DNA of 64,000 nt from Felis catus (Eukaryota): contig NC_058369.1 of assembly GCF_018350175.1 (NCBI RefSeq), forward strand, positions 27,158,001 through 27,222,000. Direction: 5' to 3'. Shown here piece by piece: positions 37,331 to 49,659 of this stretch. Within the stretch, counting starts at the first letter, position 1. Each line of letters begins with the position of its first letter. A program made the translations under genes and the position numbers. The notes beneath the pieces were generated by a model, which had not been told where the DNA came from, did no database searches, and saw only the letters and a list, made by a program, of their open reading frames with translations.

Positions 37331-38389
37331 GGTACTGTGTGCTGAGGGGAGACCAGCTGCTCCCCCTCCACTCATGATCTACTCTCCAGGCCTCTAGGAA
37401 TTTTCCAGGTTCTATTGAGGAGTGAGACAACATCTTGGCAAATGGGCAGATCTGTGTACCAGGCCACCTTGATGATTTCTGGCCAGCCTATAAGTGGGCC
37501 AGCCTTGGTCAATGGCCACCTCTACTCTAACCAGTGGCTCCTAGGAGGAACTACTTACCTAAGCTATAGACAGGGTAGTTTCAGCAAAAGAAGAAAGGCA
37601 AGACAAATGCTAGGATTGGAAAGTCCTAGAAAATGCCTCACACAGATTTTTGGTGGGGAAAAATTTTATGTTTTGTGTGTCCTCATTTGCTCCTAATTGA
37701 GGAGCTTCTAATTCATGTAATTATCTGATTCTAAAGATAATGCCACTTGGTATATACCTTTTCCATCCAATACCTTGGTACGAAAGTGCTGCTTTAGCTT
37801 TTGCTGCCTTCCATTGAATTTTAGTCTCTGTACTTTAGCCGTAGTATATATAAGGTACAACACAAAAGGCTTCTTTTATGAAGCGTTGTCACCAACATGT
37901 CAGCCCAGTGTCAAAGTGGCTCCAGGGAGAAAGATGGAAATAGACTGGTTCCATCTATGCACGCTGGAAGCGTACATTAAAACCTCCCATTATTAATCTC
38001 TTTGTAAAATATTTCTTCAAGAGTTGTGCATTGCAAAATACAATATAACGTTCATATCAAGTGATATAGGAATTGCTTTAAGCAAAACTTGTTGTACTCT
38101 GTATAATGAATACTGCAATAAAAATACATATTCATTTCCTGATCACAAATCATAGCAATTTAAGCCATCTTCTCCCTAACGTTAGTGTTTGGAGGGAAAA
38201 ATGTATGTGTGGGCCCTTCCCCCTTGAACAGAGGCACATTCTTCTATGGGAGGAAGCCTGTCTATGTGCCATATTGCATGGAGCTTGTTTATTTTTAAAT
38301 CTTTCTCATGAGGGTTCGGGAAGTGGTGGTGAGGCCATCATTGGAAACACAACCAAGGAAGCAGTGCAGTAGGAAAGGAATCTACTTTT

Positions 38390-38609
38390 TTTTTTAATTT
38401 TTTTTTCAACGTTTATTTATTTTTGGGACAGAGAGAGACAGAGCATGAACGGGCGAGGGGCAGAGAGAGAGGGAGACACAGAATCGGAAACAGGCTCCAG
38501 GCTCTGAACCATCAGCCCAGAGCCCAACGCGGGGCTCGAACTCATGGACCGCGAGATCGTGACCTGGCTGAAGTCGGACGCTTAACCGACTGTGCCACCC
38601 AGGCGCCCC
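38390..38609 (-). mobile_element. Young felid Can-SINE (SINEC_Fc type)
   Basis: Reverse-complement head intact. 14-bp TSD AGGAATCTACTTTT (38376-38389 / 38610-38623). Confidence 0.97.
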
Positions 38610-38707
38610 AGGAATCTACTTTTAAAATATGAGTTTGTTCAAGTTGTCTTATAACATACTACCTTGAATACATCTTTTTAGTCTTGAGTTTAAAGGATAG
38701 AAAATCC

Positions 38708-38924
38708 GGGGTGCCTGGGTGGCTCAGTCACTTAAGGGTCAGACTTTGGCTCAGGTCATGATCTCGCGGTTTGTGAGTTCGAGCCCTGCATTGGGCTCTG
38801 TGCTGGCAGCTCAGAGCCTGGAGCCTGCTTCAGATTCTGTGTTTCCCCCTCTCTTTCTGCCCCTCCCCCACTTGTGCTCTGTCTCTCTCTATCAAAAATA
38901 AATAAATGTAAAAAAAAAAAAATT
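38708..38924 (+). mobile_element. Can-SINE
   Basis: ggggtgcctgggtggctcagtc head, B box, A-tail. TSD aaaggatagaaaa(a)tcc. Confidence 0.93.
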
Positions 38925-40039
38925 AAAGGATAGAAAAATCCAAGCCATGAAGGTAGTTTATATTTTCTTAAGTGCTAAACTTTACTTGTTGGGTATTGTT
39001 GAAACACAGTTTAAATGACATTATGGTGTGTATCAAATAAGAGGAACTTTTGAGGTCACTCCAGGATTAGAAGAGCAGTGAGGAACACTGACGTTTTTTC
39101 TTTTTACCAAGGGAGCAAATAAATGCCAATGACCTCCATCTGTGACCACTGTACCTTCTGGCCATGTCCTCCGAGGATTTGGACAGACCACAAACCTTCA
39201 CTGGTGTTAGCATGTGACGTGTTCAAAGCATGTCTTCCTATCACCAGAGGTTCCATTTGTCTGGTATCCTAGGGATCTGTATGTGCCCCTCCCATTTTTT
39301 TTTCTCTTTCCAGATCTGAGAGGAACCCTTCTAAGCATATAACAAACATTTGCTCAGTTGTTTCTCTCCTGAGCTTTAGCATGGGGCCTGATACGTGTTT
39401 GGTTCTCATAAATATTTGCTAAGTGGGTGAATAAACAACCTACGAGGTTAGGACTATTCTTTGTTTTTCAGGGCTGTGGGAAGATTCACACAGTTATATC
39501 TCTCATGTCCTACCTATGCCACCTGTAACAAATTCTCTCATTTGACTCTCCTGTGTCCTACAAGTGGTTTTCAGGATGAAACTCAAGTACATAGATTTTA
39601 AGGTGATTTAGAACACATTGAATTAAATAGCAGCTATTGCCCCATTATTATTGGCAGCTTGGAGTTGTGAACAGTTCAACACATTGAATCCGAATGCAAC
39701 CTAAGAAGTGTATTTTCTGAGAGGCATGGTGTCTGCCCATAATACCTGTTTGCCCAGGGGAGTTAGGATGTTTGCTCTACAGGCAACCTGAGAGATGATT
39801 TAGATACAGACTGGCCTCCTGGCCCCAGTTTGACCCTAAATTGCCTACAGAATTACTTCTAAAATGTGGGCTTTTGCCTGTGAGTGACTTCCTGTTGTCC
39901 ATAGTATAAACAATAAAGTCTAAAATATGGCCTACAAAGTCTTCTTGATGAACCACGTGGTCAGCCTTTCTACATCCATCCCATTCCTACCCCTTGTGCA
40001 ACAGCTACGTGGGTTATAAAGACTGGCTGTTCAGTTTTA

Positions 40040-40510
40040 AAGATGGCTCTGACTACTCTAACCCAAAGGGGTAACCCCATGCCTGGTGTCACAGTGATTG
40101 GTTAAGATGTCCCAGATCTATGTGAACTGGCCCATGGACTTCCGTAAGTAGAGAGATTGGTTCAGGGGTGAGTCTTGTTGGACAGTGTCAGGAGCAGGCT
40201 TTCTTTCTTCTCTTGGATGTTACTTGGGAAGCATGTAAACTGGATAGTTGGCAGCCACTCTGTGACCATGAGGGGCATCCAGTGTTAGGAGGAAGAAAAT
40301 ACTACAAAAGAGAGAAGTATAAATGTAAAAAAGAATCCGTTCCTTGGTGATCAGTTCATGGGATCAAACCAATCTGACCATTTAGGTATTCATGTTTCTA
40401 AGAGCCATAACCTTATCTATGCCCAAAAAATGGTAAGTCATTTTTATAGTTTGGACCAATTCAAGCTGGGTTTTCTGCAGTTAGCAACTAAAAGGCTTCT
40501 GACTGATATT
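40040..40510 (+). mobile_element. Old ERVL-type LTR (LTR16/33-like)
   Basis: agtgattggttaag...ggcagccactctgtgaccatgagggg...caattcaagctgggttttctgcagttagcaactaaaagg...ctgactgata. Confidence 0.5.
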
Positions 40511-40809
40511 CTGCTTATAAAGTTGTCCCAGGATTTCTTTTTAGATTTATCTGTACCATTCCCTGCATGTACCGATCGTTTCGCCGATTGTTCATTGTCT
40601 GTGAATTTTCACATACGGTCCCCTCCGCCCTCACTATCTTACCCCCCTTTCTGCATTGTAAACTCCTACTCAACTTACAAAATCCCACTCAGTATCACCT
40701 TCCCTAAAATTCTGCTTGCCTTCTTTCAGTCCATCCCAGAAAGAATTAGTGGCTGTCTTAGTGTTGCTCAAGCATTACTTACGTAGCTGCATTAGAGCAA
40801 TTTAAACAC

Positions 40810-41055
40810 ATTCACCAATTTAGCAGCTCCTATGGATTGTTCTGCCAGGTAATGTGCTTTGTAGGTATTATCTCATTTAACCTCTACAGCTGTCCTATGA
40901 TATTATATTAATACCCTAATTTAAATTTAAAGAAACAGTTTATAGAGGTAGAGGAACTTATCTAAGAGTCTGCATCTTATAAGATAGGGGGGTGGAGGGG
41001 CAACTGGGACTTAGATCATTTAATTCCAGAATCTGGGCTCTTAACCTCTGTGCAG
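40810..41055 (-). mobile_element. MIR SINE
   Basis: attatctcatttaacctctacagctgtcctatga...ctcttaacctctgtgc. Confidence 0.65.
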
Positions 41056-41153
41056 TGCTCTCTTCTTTGCTAGTGAGTTCTTTGAAGCCAAACACTATCT
41101 TTCATTTATAGGTGCCTGAATGTTTTAGGCACTCAGAAATGCTAGCAGGTTAA

Positions 41154-41202
41154 ATGGATGGATGGATGGATGGATGGATGGATGGATGGATGGATGGATG
41201 GA
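41154..41202. repeat. (GGAT)n microsatellite
   Basis: Direct reading. Confidence 0.95.
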
Positions 41203-42966
41203 TCCACGTAAGCCCTTCATATCACAGATCAGAAAAGCAGAACTCAGATGGTGTACATGTTGTGGGTGCTGGGCTGAAATACAGATATTACTGGGCTTTT
41301 TCTACAACATCTTTCCACTTTGGGAAGAAAATGATATTTCCTCTAAAAGAAATTTCGCAAAGCAAGAGGATGAAAATAAAATCCAAAGATGCCTGGGCTT
41401 CCCTCTCACCCTGGAACCAGTAATACGTCCCTCTTAGGTGAATCCTGAAAAAAGCAGACCTCCTCGTCCCCTTCTCTGGAATCCAAGTTATATCTTTTGT
41501 TAACTCTCTTTAAATTGTTACTGATGCCTAAACTAATTTGGGGTGAAAAGAGAATAGGGCCAAATCACATTCAAGTCCTGGAATGGGAGGCCCATTTATA
41601 ACTACTTAGACATCAGGTTGGGATAGAGGAAGGGGGTTTGAGCACAAAATCCGAAAGAACTTTGAAAGTAAGAAGAATCACACGTCATCCTAATTAGCCA
41701 GCTGTGGAGTAACAATTCTGCACTTCTGTCATGTTGCCACCATGCAAGAGCAAACTGTGACATTAGTTTAATTACATAAATTTATGAGATGAAGGGAACA
41801 ACTTTTATAATCATTCAAACAATATTCCTATTCAAATTGCTATGCAATATCTTTATTTAGTCTTTAAGTATTTATTAAAGCGATTCATTTTTCAAACACC
41901 CCTCCAACTACCTGTATTTTAACGACTTGAGGGACACTTTTAATTTCCCTCCTCTAATTTCTTTAAATGTGTGCCCTCATCAAATGCTCATGTTCCACCG
42001 GCCTGTCAACCCATGTGCATTTAATATCTGCTCTCAACACTTACCAGTGCCTTCAGCAGGACTGAGAAGTAGAACAGCAGGAAAGTCTTCGAAGGTAGTG
42101 ATTCTCTAGGGACTGACTCACATCTTCATCAGCATCACTGTAGCTACCATTATTGACCATGTACCCAGTCAGCATTAGCTGGACTAAGTTTTAGCACTAA
42201 GCAGTTTCCATCAACCATCTCCAAACCCCCTCAGGCTGGATACAAGAGTCACTGCACTTGCCCTGCTCACACCTCCTTCTCAGGGAAGCTGTCCCACCCC
42301 TTGCCCCACTGCCCAGGGAGCTATGTTCAAGATCACTGGGGCTGAGAGCCTGACCTATAGACAGACAACTAATCCATGGAATGTCCAGAGACCTGGATTC
42401 GTGTGGCCTGATTAAAAATATTAACTTGACTAACAAGATTCTCTTGGGAATTTAAGCACAGAAAGGCTCTGCTTATTTTCAGTGAGAAGTGAAGTAGAAA
42501 GGATAGTGTGTTAAACCAAGACTCTTTGCCTGGGGTCCATGAACCCATTTAGATGATGTGTGAAATTCTGGGTTTATGTGTATAAATGGTATGAACTGTT
42601 TCACAAATTTGAGGTGCAAGTAGGATAATGTTTCTTATTTACCAATTAATTTCTCTTTTACTTACCTCCTTAGCTGAAGATTCATAATCATTATTTTAAG
42701 GCTCTCTCACCACCTGAGAGATCCAAGAACCCTGAGGTTCACTGACCTACGGGTTCTGTCCAGTTCCCACACCCAAGCCAGGAAAGCTCTGGAAACCATT
42801 CAGTCCCCTGCTGCTAATAATGCTCCCCCGACCATGCCAGGTCTTGGCTGAAGCTTGGTGCCCATAGTCAGCAGCAGATGCTGTTGCTGTCCGGCTGTAA
42901 GGACCACCTGTGTAGTTCCTGGAGGGAGGCTGGGACCTGAGCAGTCTCTTAGAGCCAGCCTCCCAC

Positions 42967-42978
42967 CCACTAGAGGGC
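42967..42978 (+). promoter_or_regulatory. Candidate CTCF core motif
   Basis: CCACTAGAGGGC matches the 12-nt CTCF core (CCASYAGRKGGC). The flanks are not optimal. Confidence 0.35.
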
Positions 42979-43317
42979 TGGGTCAGTGCCCTGTCCTTGT
43001 GTCTTCCAGGGACACATATGCCTGGGTCAGGTCCTCAGAACAGTGAACATCCTATTCCACCCCTTGGTCCCCATCACAGAAGCTATGTGAAAACAGGGTC
43101 TCTCTCTCCAATCCCTTCTTTTTCTAAGAGAGGTGAAGCTTAATGGATCCAAGATGGGTTCTTCACATCTTTCTTACACCAGAGAGAAAAATGTAAAAAA
43201 AAAAAAACAACAGATTTTAATCTCTAGCTGGGCATGTTCTGACTGTGCATTTATCTGAGAGGAGCGTCTCTAGCTCTGATCAGACTTTCAGTGGTATTTA
43301 TGGCTCAGAAATAGGTT

Positions 43318-43320
<3 letters not shown>

Positions 43321-43363
<43 letters not shown>
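43321..43363. repeat. (GA)n microsatellite
   Basis: Direct reading. Confidence 0.95.
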
Positions 43364-43367
<4 letters not shown>

Positions 43368-43519
43368 GAATCACTATAGTAGAGAGGGCCCAGAGTGCCC
43401 TGGGGACCCTATGAGAACCAGCATCAGGGTAGCACCCCACTGTCAGTGGGGCCAAGCAAAAGATGCCTGCATTGTGTAACAGGTCACATTAATGGTGATG
43501 CTCAAGAGAGAAAGTGCCA

Positions 43520-43700
43520 GGGTGCCTGAGTGGCTCAGTTGGTTAAGCGGCCAACTTCAGCTCAGGTCATGATCTCACAGTTCCTGAGTTTGAGCACCAC
43601 ATAGGGCTCTCTGCTGTCAGCAAAGATCCTCTGTCCCTCTCTCTCTCTTTCTCTCTGTACTTCCCCTGCTTGTGCACTCTCTCTCTCTCTCAAAAATAAA
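43520..43700 (+). mobile_element. Can-SINE (internally shortened)
   Basis: gggtgcctgagtggctcagttggttaagcgg...ctcaggtcatgatctc; (CT)n; caaaaataaa. Confidence 0.88.
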
Positions 43701-43701
43701 C

Positions 43702-44480
43702 TTTTTTTTTCTTTTTAAAACAGCTTTTTTAAGGTGTGATTTATATATCATAAATCCTGAGTAAAGAATTGAACATTTTAAGAAAATTTACACAGCCGTG
43801 CAATAATCACCACCATCCAATTTTAGAATATTTCATCACGAATGAAGATTCCTTTATGTCTATTTGCAGGCACTTCCTGTTCCCACCTCTAGCCCCACCA
43901 GCCACTAATCTACTTTCTGACTCTATGGGCTTGCCTTTTTTTTTTTGGAAATTTCATGTAAAAGAAGTCCTACAATATGTGGTGTTGGCATCTGGCTTTC
44001 TTCACTCAGTATAATATCTTTGAGGTTCATTCATGTTGCTGCTGGTATCAGTTGCTCATTCCTTTTTATTTCTGAGTGGTGTCCATTCATCAGTTTTTGG
44101 CTATTATGAATAACGTCACGACGAGCATTTGTGCGCAAGTTTTTATCCAGCTATCTCTTTTATTTCTCTTGGGTAGATGCCTAGGAGTGGGATTGTGGCG
44201 TCTCATGTTAAATTCGTTTTTAAATCTGTGAGGACCTGCTAGGCTTTCTTCAAAAGCGGCCACATCATTGTACATTCCCACTATCACCGTTTTCACACCC
44301 TTGCCAATACTTGTTATCTGCATTTGTTATGATTTCCATCCTAGTGGGTGTGAAATAGTATCTCATTGTGTTCTGAATTTTATTTCCTTGATAACGACCT
44401 CGAATGCCTTTTCACGTGTTGATTGGCCATTGGCATATCTATTTTGTTCAGTAGGGTTTCTACTCAGATATTTTGTATCC
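43702..44480 (-). mobile_element. Old L1M (L1MB-like) 3' fragment
   Basis: caaccaccatccaattttagaatatttcatcac-type motif, ctaatctactttctg, ctggctttcttcactcag, gggtagatgcctaggagtggg. Confidence 0.8.
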
Positions 44481-44622
44481 ACTTAAATTTCAGCCATTGC
44501 TTGTTCAAACCTTTTTTTATTTTCCATTCTTCCCCTTCAGCTTCTCCAATTTCATATTTGCTAGAGAACTTCTAATTGTCCCATCGCCCACTGATGGTCT
44601 GTTCATTCTTCTGGATTTTGTG

Positions 44623-46082
44623 TTTCTTTTCTTTTCTTTTCTTTTCTTTTCTTTTCTTTTCTTTTCTTTTCTTTTCTTTTAAATATATGAAATTTGTCGT
44701 CAAATTGGTTTCCATACAACACCCAGTGCTTATCCCAAAAGATGCCCTCTTCAATGCCCATCACCCACCCTCCCCTTCCTCCCACCCCCCCCATCAGCCC
44801 TCAGTTTGTTCTCAGTTTTTAAGAGTGTCTTATGCTTTGGCTCTCTCCCACTCTAACCTCTCTCTTTTTTTTTTCCTTCCCCTCCCCCATGGGTTTCTGT
44901 TAAGTTTCTCAGGATCCACATAGGAGTGAAAACATATGGTATCTGTCTTTCTCTGTATGGCGTATTTCACTTAGCATAACACTCTCCAGTTCCGTTCCTG
45001 TTGCTACAAAGGGCCATATTTCATTCTTTCTCATTGCCATGTAGTACTCCATTGTGTATATAAACCACAATTTCTTTATCCATTCACCAGTTGGTGGACA
45101 TTTAGGCTCTTTCCATAATTTGGCTATTATTGAGAGTGCTGCTATACACATTGGGGTACAAGTGCCCCTATGCATCAGTACTCCTGTATCCCTTGGGTAA
45201 ATTCCTAGTAGTGCTACTGCTGGGTCATAGGGTAGGTCTATTTTTAATTTTTTGAGGAACCTCCACACTGTTTTCCAGAGTGGCTGCACCAGTTTGCATT
45301 CCCACCAACAGTGCAAGAAGGTTCCTGTTTCTCCACATCCTCTCCAGCATCTATAGTCTCCTGATTTGTTCATTTTGGCCACTCTGACTGGCGTGAGGTG
45401 ATATCTGAGTGTGGTTTTGATTTGTATTTCTCTGATGAGGAGCGACATTGAGCATCTTTTCATGTGCCTGTTGGCCATCTGGATATCTTCTTTAGAGAAG
45501 TGTCTATTCATGTTTTCTGCCCATTTCTTCACTGGATTATTTGTTTTTCGGGTGTGGAGTTTGATGAGCTTTTTATAGATTTTGGATACTAGCCCTTTGT
45601 CTGATATGTCATTTGCAAATATCTTTTCCCATTCTGTTGGTTGCCTTTTAGTTTTGTTGATTGTTTCCTTTGCTGTGCAGAAGCTTTTTATCTTCATGAG
45701 GTCCCAATAGTTCATTTTTGCTTTTAATTCCCTTGCCTTTGGGGATGTGTCAAGTAAGAAATTGCTATGGCTAAGGTCAGAGAGGTCTTTTCCTGTTTTT
45801 TCCTCTAGGGTTTTAATGGCTTCCTGTCTCACATTCAGGTCCTTTATCCATTTTGAGTTTATTTTTGTGAATGGTGTGAGAAAGTGGTCTAGTTTCAACC
45901 TTTTGCATGTTGCTGTCCAGTTCTCCCAGCACCATTTGTTAAAGAGACTGTCTTTTTTCCATTGGATATTCTTTCCTGCTTTGTCAAAGATTAGTTGGCC
46001 ATACTTTTGTGGGTCTAGTTCTGGGGCTTCTATTCTATTCCATTGGTTTATGTGTCTGTTTTGTGCCAATACCATGCTGTCT
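44623..46082 (-). mobile_element. Young felid L1, 5'-truncated, tail converted to (AAAAG)n
   Basis: ORF2p C-terminal ~390 codons are uninterrupted in ORF 44909-46411 (HINQWNRIE...[14 protein letters not shown]...[16 protein letters not shown]). 3'UTR present. (TTTTC)n at 44623-44680. Confidence 0.97.
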
Positions 46083-46099
46083 AAACATTTTTTTAAAAA

Positions 46100-46542
46100 A
46101 GAGTGAAAGTGCCACACAACATGGATGAATCTCACACATAGTGTTGAGTGAAGAAAAAGTATAATATTCCAGTTATATGAAGTCCAAACAAGAGTGGTTC
46201 TCTTGGCTGGAGGGCATCGACTGAGCAGGGAGGTAGGGGTAGGCTCTGTCCTCTTTCTTTTATGTGGGCCACTAGGAGAGATTTTAGGCTTCGAAGCTGG
46301 AATGCTTCTGTGGCAACTACTTGAATAGCTATGGACAAAATGCAAACAGTGATGTGGTTGTGTTCTTATAAAACAATATTTTTTTAAAGTGGCAGATGGG
46401 TTTTGGCCCACAGGTCTGAGTTTGCTGACCCCTGATCTATACCTTGATGTGGGTGGTAATTACATGGGCCTGGGTAAAAAAAAATCACCAAGCTGTATAG
46501 TTACAATTGGATACTTTATTGTATATTAACTATGTCTCGGTT
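46100..46542 (+). mobile_element. Old L1ME-like 3' fragment interrupted by a MER58A piece
   Basis: caacatggatgaatctcaca...gttgagtgaag; cttgatgtgggtggtaattacatggg...actttattgtat. Confidence 0.65.
46282..46434 (-). mobile_element. MER58A-like hAT MITE fragment
   Basis: ctgtggcaactact...gtggttgtgttcttataaaac...ttggcccacaggtctgagtttgctgacccctg. Confidence 0.7.
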
Positions 46543-46598
<56 letters not shown>

Positions 46599-46600
46599 AA
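46543..46600. repeat. (GAAA)n
   Basis: Direct reading. Confidence 0.95.
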
Positions 46601-46625
46601 ATCCATTGTGAGATTAAGCCAAAAA

Positions 46626-46809
46626 GGAGTGCCTAGTGGCTCCGTCAGTTGAGGGTCTGACTCTTGCTTCCATTCAGGTCATGATCTCACGGTTTGTGAG
46701 TTCAAGCCCTGTGTTGGGCTTGCACTGAAAGTGTGGAGCCTGCTTGGGATTCTCTCCCTTTCTCTCTCTATTTCTCTCTCAAAATAAATAAATAAACTTA
46801 AAAAACAAA
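46626..46809 (+). mobile_element. Older Can-SINE
   Basis: ggagtgcctagtggctccgtcagttgagggtctgactcttg...gagttcaagccc. Degenerate TSD gagattaagcc/gagattaggca. Confidence 0.85.
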
Positions 46810-46819
46810 GAGATTAGGC

Positions 46820-46820
46820 A

Positions 46821-46868
<48 letters not shown>

Positions 46869-46870
46869 AA

Positions 46871-46937
<67 letters not shown>
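46820..46937. repeat. (GAAA)n, ~120 bp
   Basis: Direct reading. Confidence 0.95.
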
Positions 46938-46939
<2 letters not shown>

Positions 46940-47739
46940 TCCACAGACTCTAGGGTAGGATGTTCTTGGAATGAACGAGAAGCTGGCATCCAGAATCTGT
47001 TAGAGCTTCTGCTCTTGGCTGTTGTGAGCGTCCATGCGTATTCTCACATCAGTCCCATCACCCCCTCTTGACTTGAGCCAGCTGGAGGGGACTCACTGAT
47101 CCTGGCTACAGAGAACGCTTTCCAGAACACCCCACCAGTATTCGGCCGGATGTGACCTCCTGCCTTGACCTGCCCAGATGCGCTCCTGCCTCTGAATAAC
47201 TTGCCCCAGCTCACACAGCTCACACCACATGTGCCCAGCCCACACTGCAGTCCTTGTAAATGCCTCGAAAACTCTGCAGTCCCTCTTCCCTTGGGCCCGT
47301 GTAAGTGAGCTGCATTTCCTAGGACTCGAGTCAGCCTCACCTTGGAGCTAGCTCATTGCCGTCTGCCCTTTGCATTCTCATGCTCCAGCTCATCAGCAAT
47401 TGTTTGTTCTTAGAGCTAAACTTGACAGGGGACGGAGAAAAACACACAGCCAAGGTCAGAGAGCAGCAAACTCTCTCCTCCATTAAGTCTGTCTTCATCT
47501 TTAAACAGCACGGATCAAAACCTCACCTGTGTTTTCTCTGAGCTGCCTGCAGCCTAGTGAGGGTGAGTGTCCTCTGAAAGCTGTCCCCTCCCCTGGCTAT
47601 ACCTTTGTTTCCCCACACTGACATCACTGTCCTGAGACAGGATGCAGGAGAGAAAAGGGATGCCATCATTAGCTATAGCCCTTACGGTTTTCCAAAAGCT
47701 GTCTCTTAGGGCAAAGTGAAAGAGGAAGAGAAGCTGTTT

Positions 47740-48003
47740 TTCTGGGCACTTTCTCATTCCTTGGCTTGTGGTTTCCATCTTCAAAGAGCCGGCAACTCTA
47801 GCACTTCCCTGGGCTTTTCTTCGGTGTTCATCCTATCTTCCTCTGACTGACTCTTGTGCTTCCCTCTTCCAGGGAACCCTGTGTTTACCCCAGGCCCGTG
47901 TAGGTAAAGCAGGGTAATAAGGTTAACCAATTCACAACTGTAATTCCATCTGTCACCTAGGATTAGGGCAATGACATCTTGGGGGGCATTATTCTGCCTG
48001 CCG
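47740..48003 (-). mobile_element. MaLR LTR fragment (MLT1C/D-like)
   Basis: cattccttggcttgtgg...ccatcttcaaag...ggattaggg...gacatcttggggggcattattctgcct. Confidence 0.7.
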
Positions 48004-48445
48004 CCCTCCCAAACCCCAGTGCCTGTGAGTAGGTGCCCAGTCTGTGCATAACACACTCATTTTCCCTGGACGTAATGCACCAGGACAGCCAGTCCTGAGT
48101 GTCCTTCCTATCTGAGTCAAGATTGAGTAAGATGTTTGTTTATTGTCATTCAAAGAAGAAAACAACGCCGGCGTGTGATGGGTTCAGCATCACCACATTG
48201 CCTCCGGTAGATCAAGTCAGCTTCCTTTGCCTGTGCTCCTTCTCACAGTTTCTGCCTGCGTCTCAGCCGGAACCCTGCTTTACCCACCACAAATTGTCTC
48301 CAAACACGTCTAAGAAATTGTTCAAATCTTATATCTAAAGGTACACTACATATTTCTCAATGTTCACTCAAGGGGAAGGGTCAAAGCACATATGGCGGAT
48401 GAAAACTGCTGACCAAGAACAATTAATAAAGCATGTCCTGTGATG

Positions 48446-48559
48446 TGCCACCGTCCCGAGGCCATTTGTCCCAGAACGTTAATAAGAATCAGCTTCCAGG
48501 GGTCCTGGAAACTCCAGCCTCAGCTTACTAGTGGAGGGCATGTGTGAGAGAGAATCCCA
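48446..48559 (+). repeat. Dispersed direct repeat, copy 1 (114 bp)
   Basis: Aligns with 49660-49769 with 7 substitutions and one 4-bp indel. Confidence 0.95.
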
Positions 48560-48769
48560 CCAATAAAAAATTAGGTTACTTGCTGTTATCTCTAACAGCT
48601 GTTGGATTATTTGCTGACTGCCACAAGTCTCCAGAGCTACCTCCAACTCTCTCTCTCTCTCTAATCTGGGAGGCATTTCATGACAGTTTAGATTTAAGAC
48701 GGGGATTTACACAAAACCAGTAAGTAAATGAATTGGTCAATAGGTGTGAGCACCTAGACAGAGTTAGTG

Positions 48770-49020
48770 AAGTGATTAATGAAAAGAGTTTAAAATCAAA
48801 GGTTCAAATTTTCTCTCTTCTGCTTGCTAGCTGTGTGCCTTACGCAAGTTTATTTACTCTGTTTTCCTCTTTCTCCTCTGTAAAATGAAGATAATAATAT
48901 TACCTATCACAGGGTTGTTTTAAAATTAAATTAATCGTATAAAATGCTTAGATCCTTGTTTGACACACAATGTTGCTTAAGGAATATTAATTTTTACCAG
49001 TGTCATTATCATTATTAGTA
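48770..49020 (+). mobile_element. MIR SINE
   Basis: cttgctagctgtgtgccttacgcaagtt...ctgtaaaatgaagataataatattacctatcacagggttgtt. Confidence 0.8.
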
Positions 49021-49659
49021 TGTGACAGACACTGGAAGGCTCACTTGGGTTAGGTCCCCTGTCCTCTAGCATCCACAGGAGGGAAGGAGAGGGGAGGAGC
49101 TGAGAGGAAAGGGGAGGAGCATAAACTAGGACTGAGGATCAAGGAAGGTTTCTTAGATGCAGCTGCATTCAGGCTGAGACTTGAAGGATAGAAAGAACTT
49201 AATCCGGAGGGTGTAGCTGGGGCCAGGGGTGGGGTGGGAGTGTTGCAGGCAGTGGGCACAAGGCCCCAGGTATCTCAGCAGAAGAGGTTTGCGAGTTCCT
49301 GCTGTGAATACCAGGCTATTTTAGGAGCCCCTGTGGTGGTAGCTGCCACTTCTGTTTCTTCCTTTCCCATCTGGCTCCTCGCCTTCTTTTCCCTTTTCCC
49401 TGTCCCTTTTCTCTTTATAAAGCCTTGACCCCAACAGCACTCCCAGACAGGACAGGTTAATGGCCTCTGGTTTAGATACGGTCCCATGGGGTAGGGGTGT
49501 GCGTGGGTCAGATGCGTCATCTTCCTGGTCTGGGGACTCCGTGATCCCAGGTCTTTAATGAGGAAAGCACTAGACGGGTCTCTCGTGCCCCGTTGTTTGT
49601 AGGAGAGCAGTTCTGGACTGTCATTCCCACCTGGGCTGTGCCGGTCTCTCTCCCGGGCT

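Noticed and set aside
44909..46411. 500-aa ORF as a novel chimeric gene
   Set aside because: The C-terminal ~390 aa are L1 ORF2p. The N-terminal ~110 aa are read-through across MER58A/L1ME debris from a non-ATG start, and no promoter is evident.
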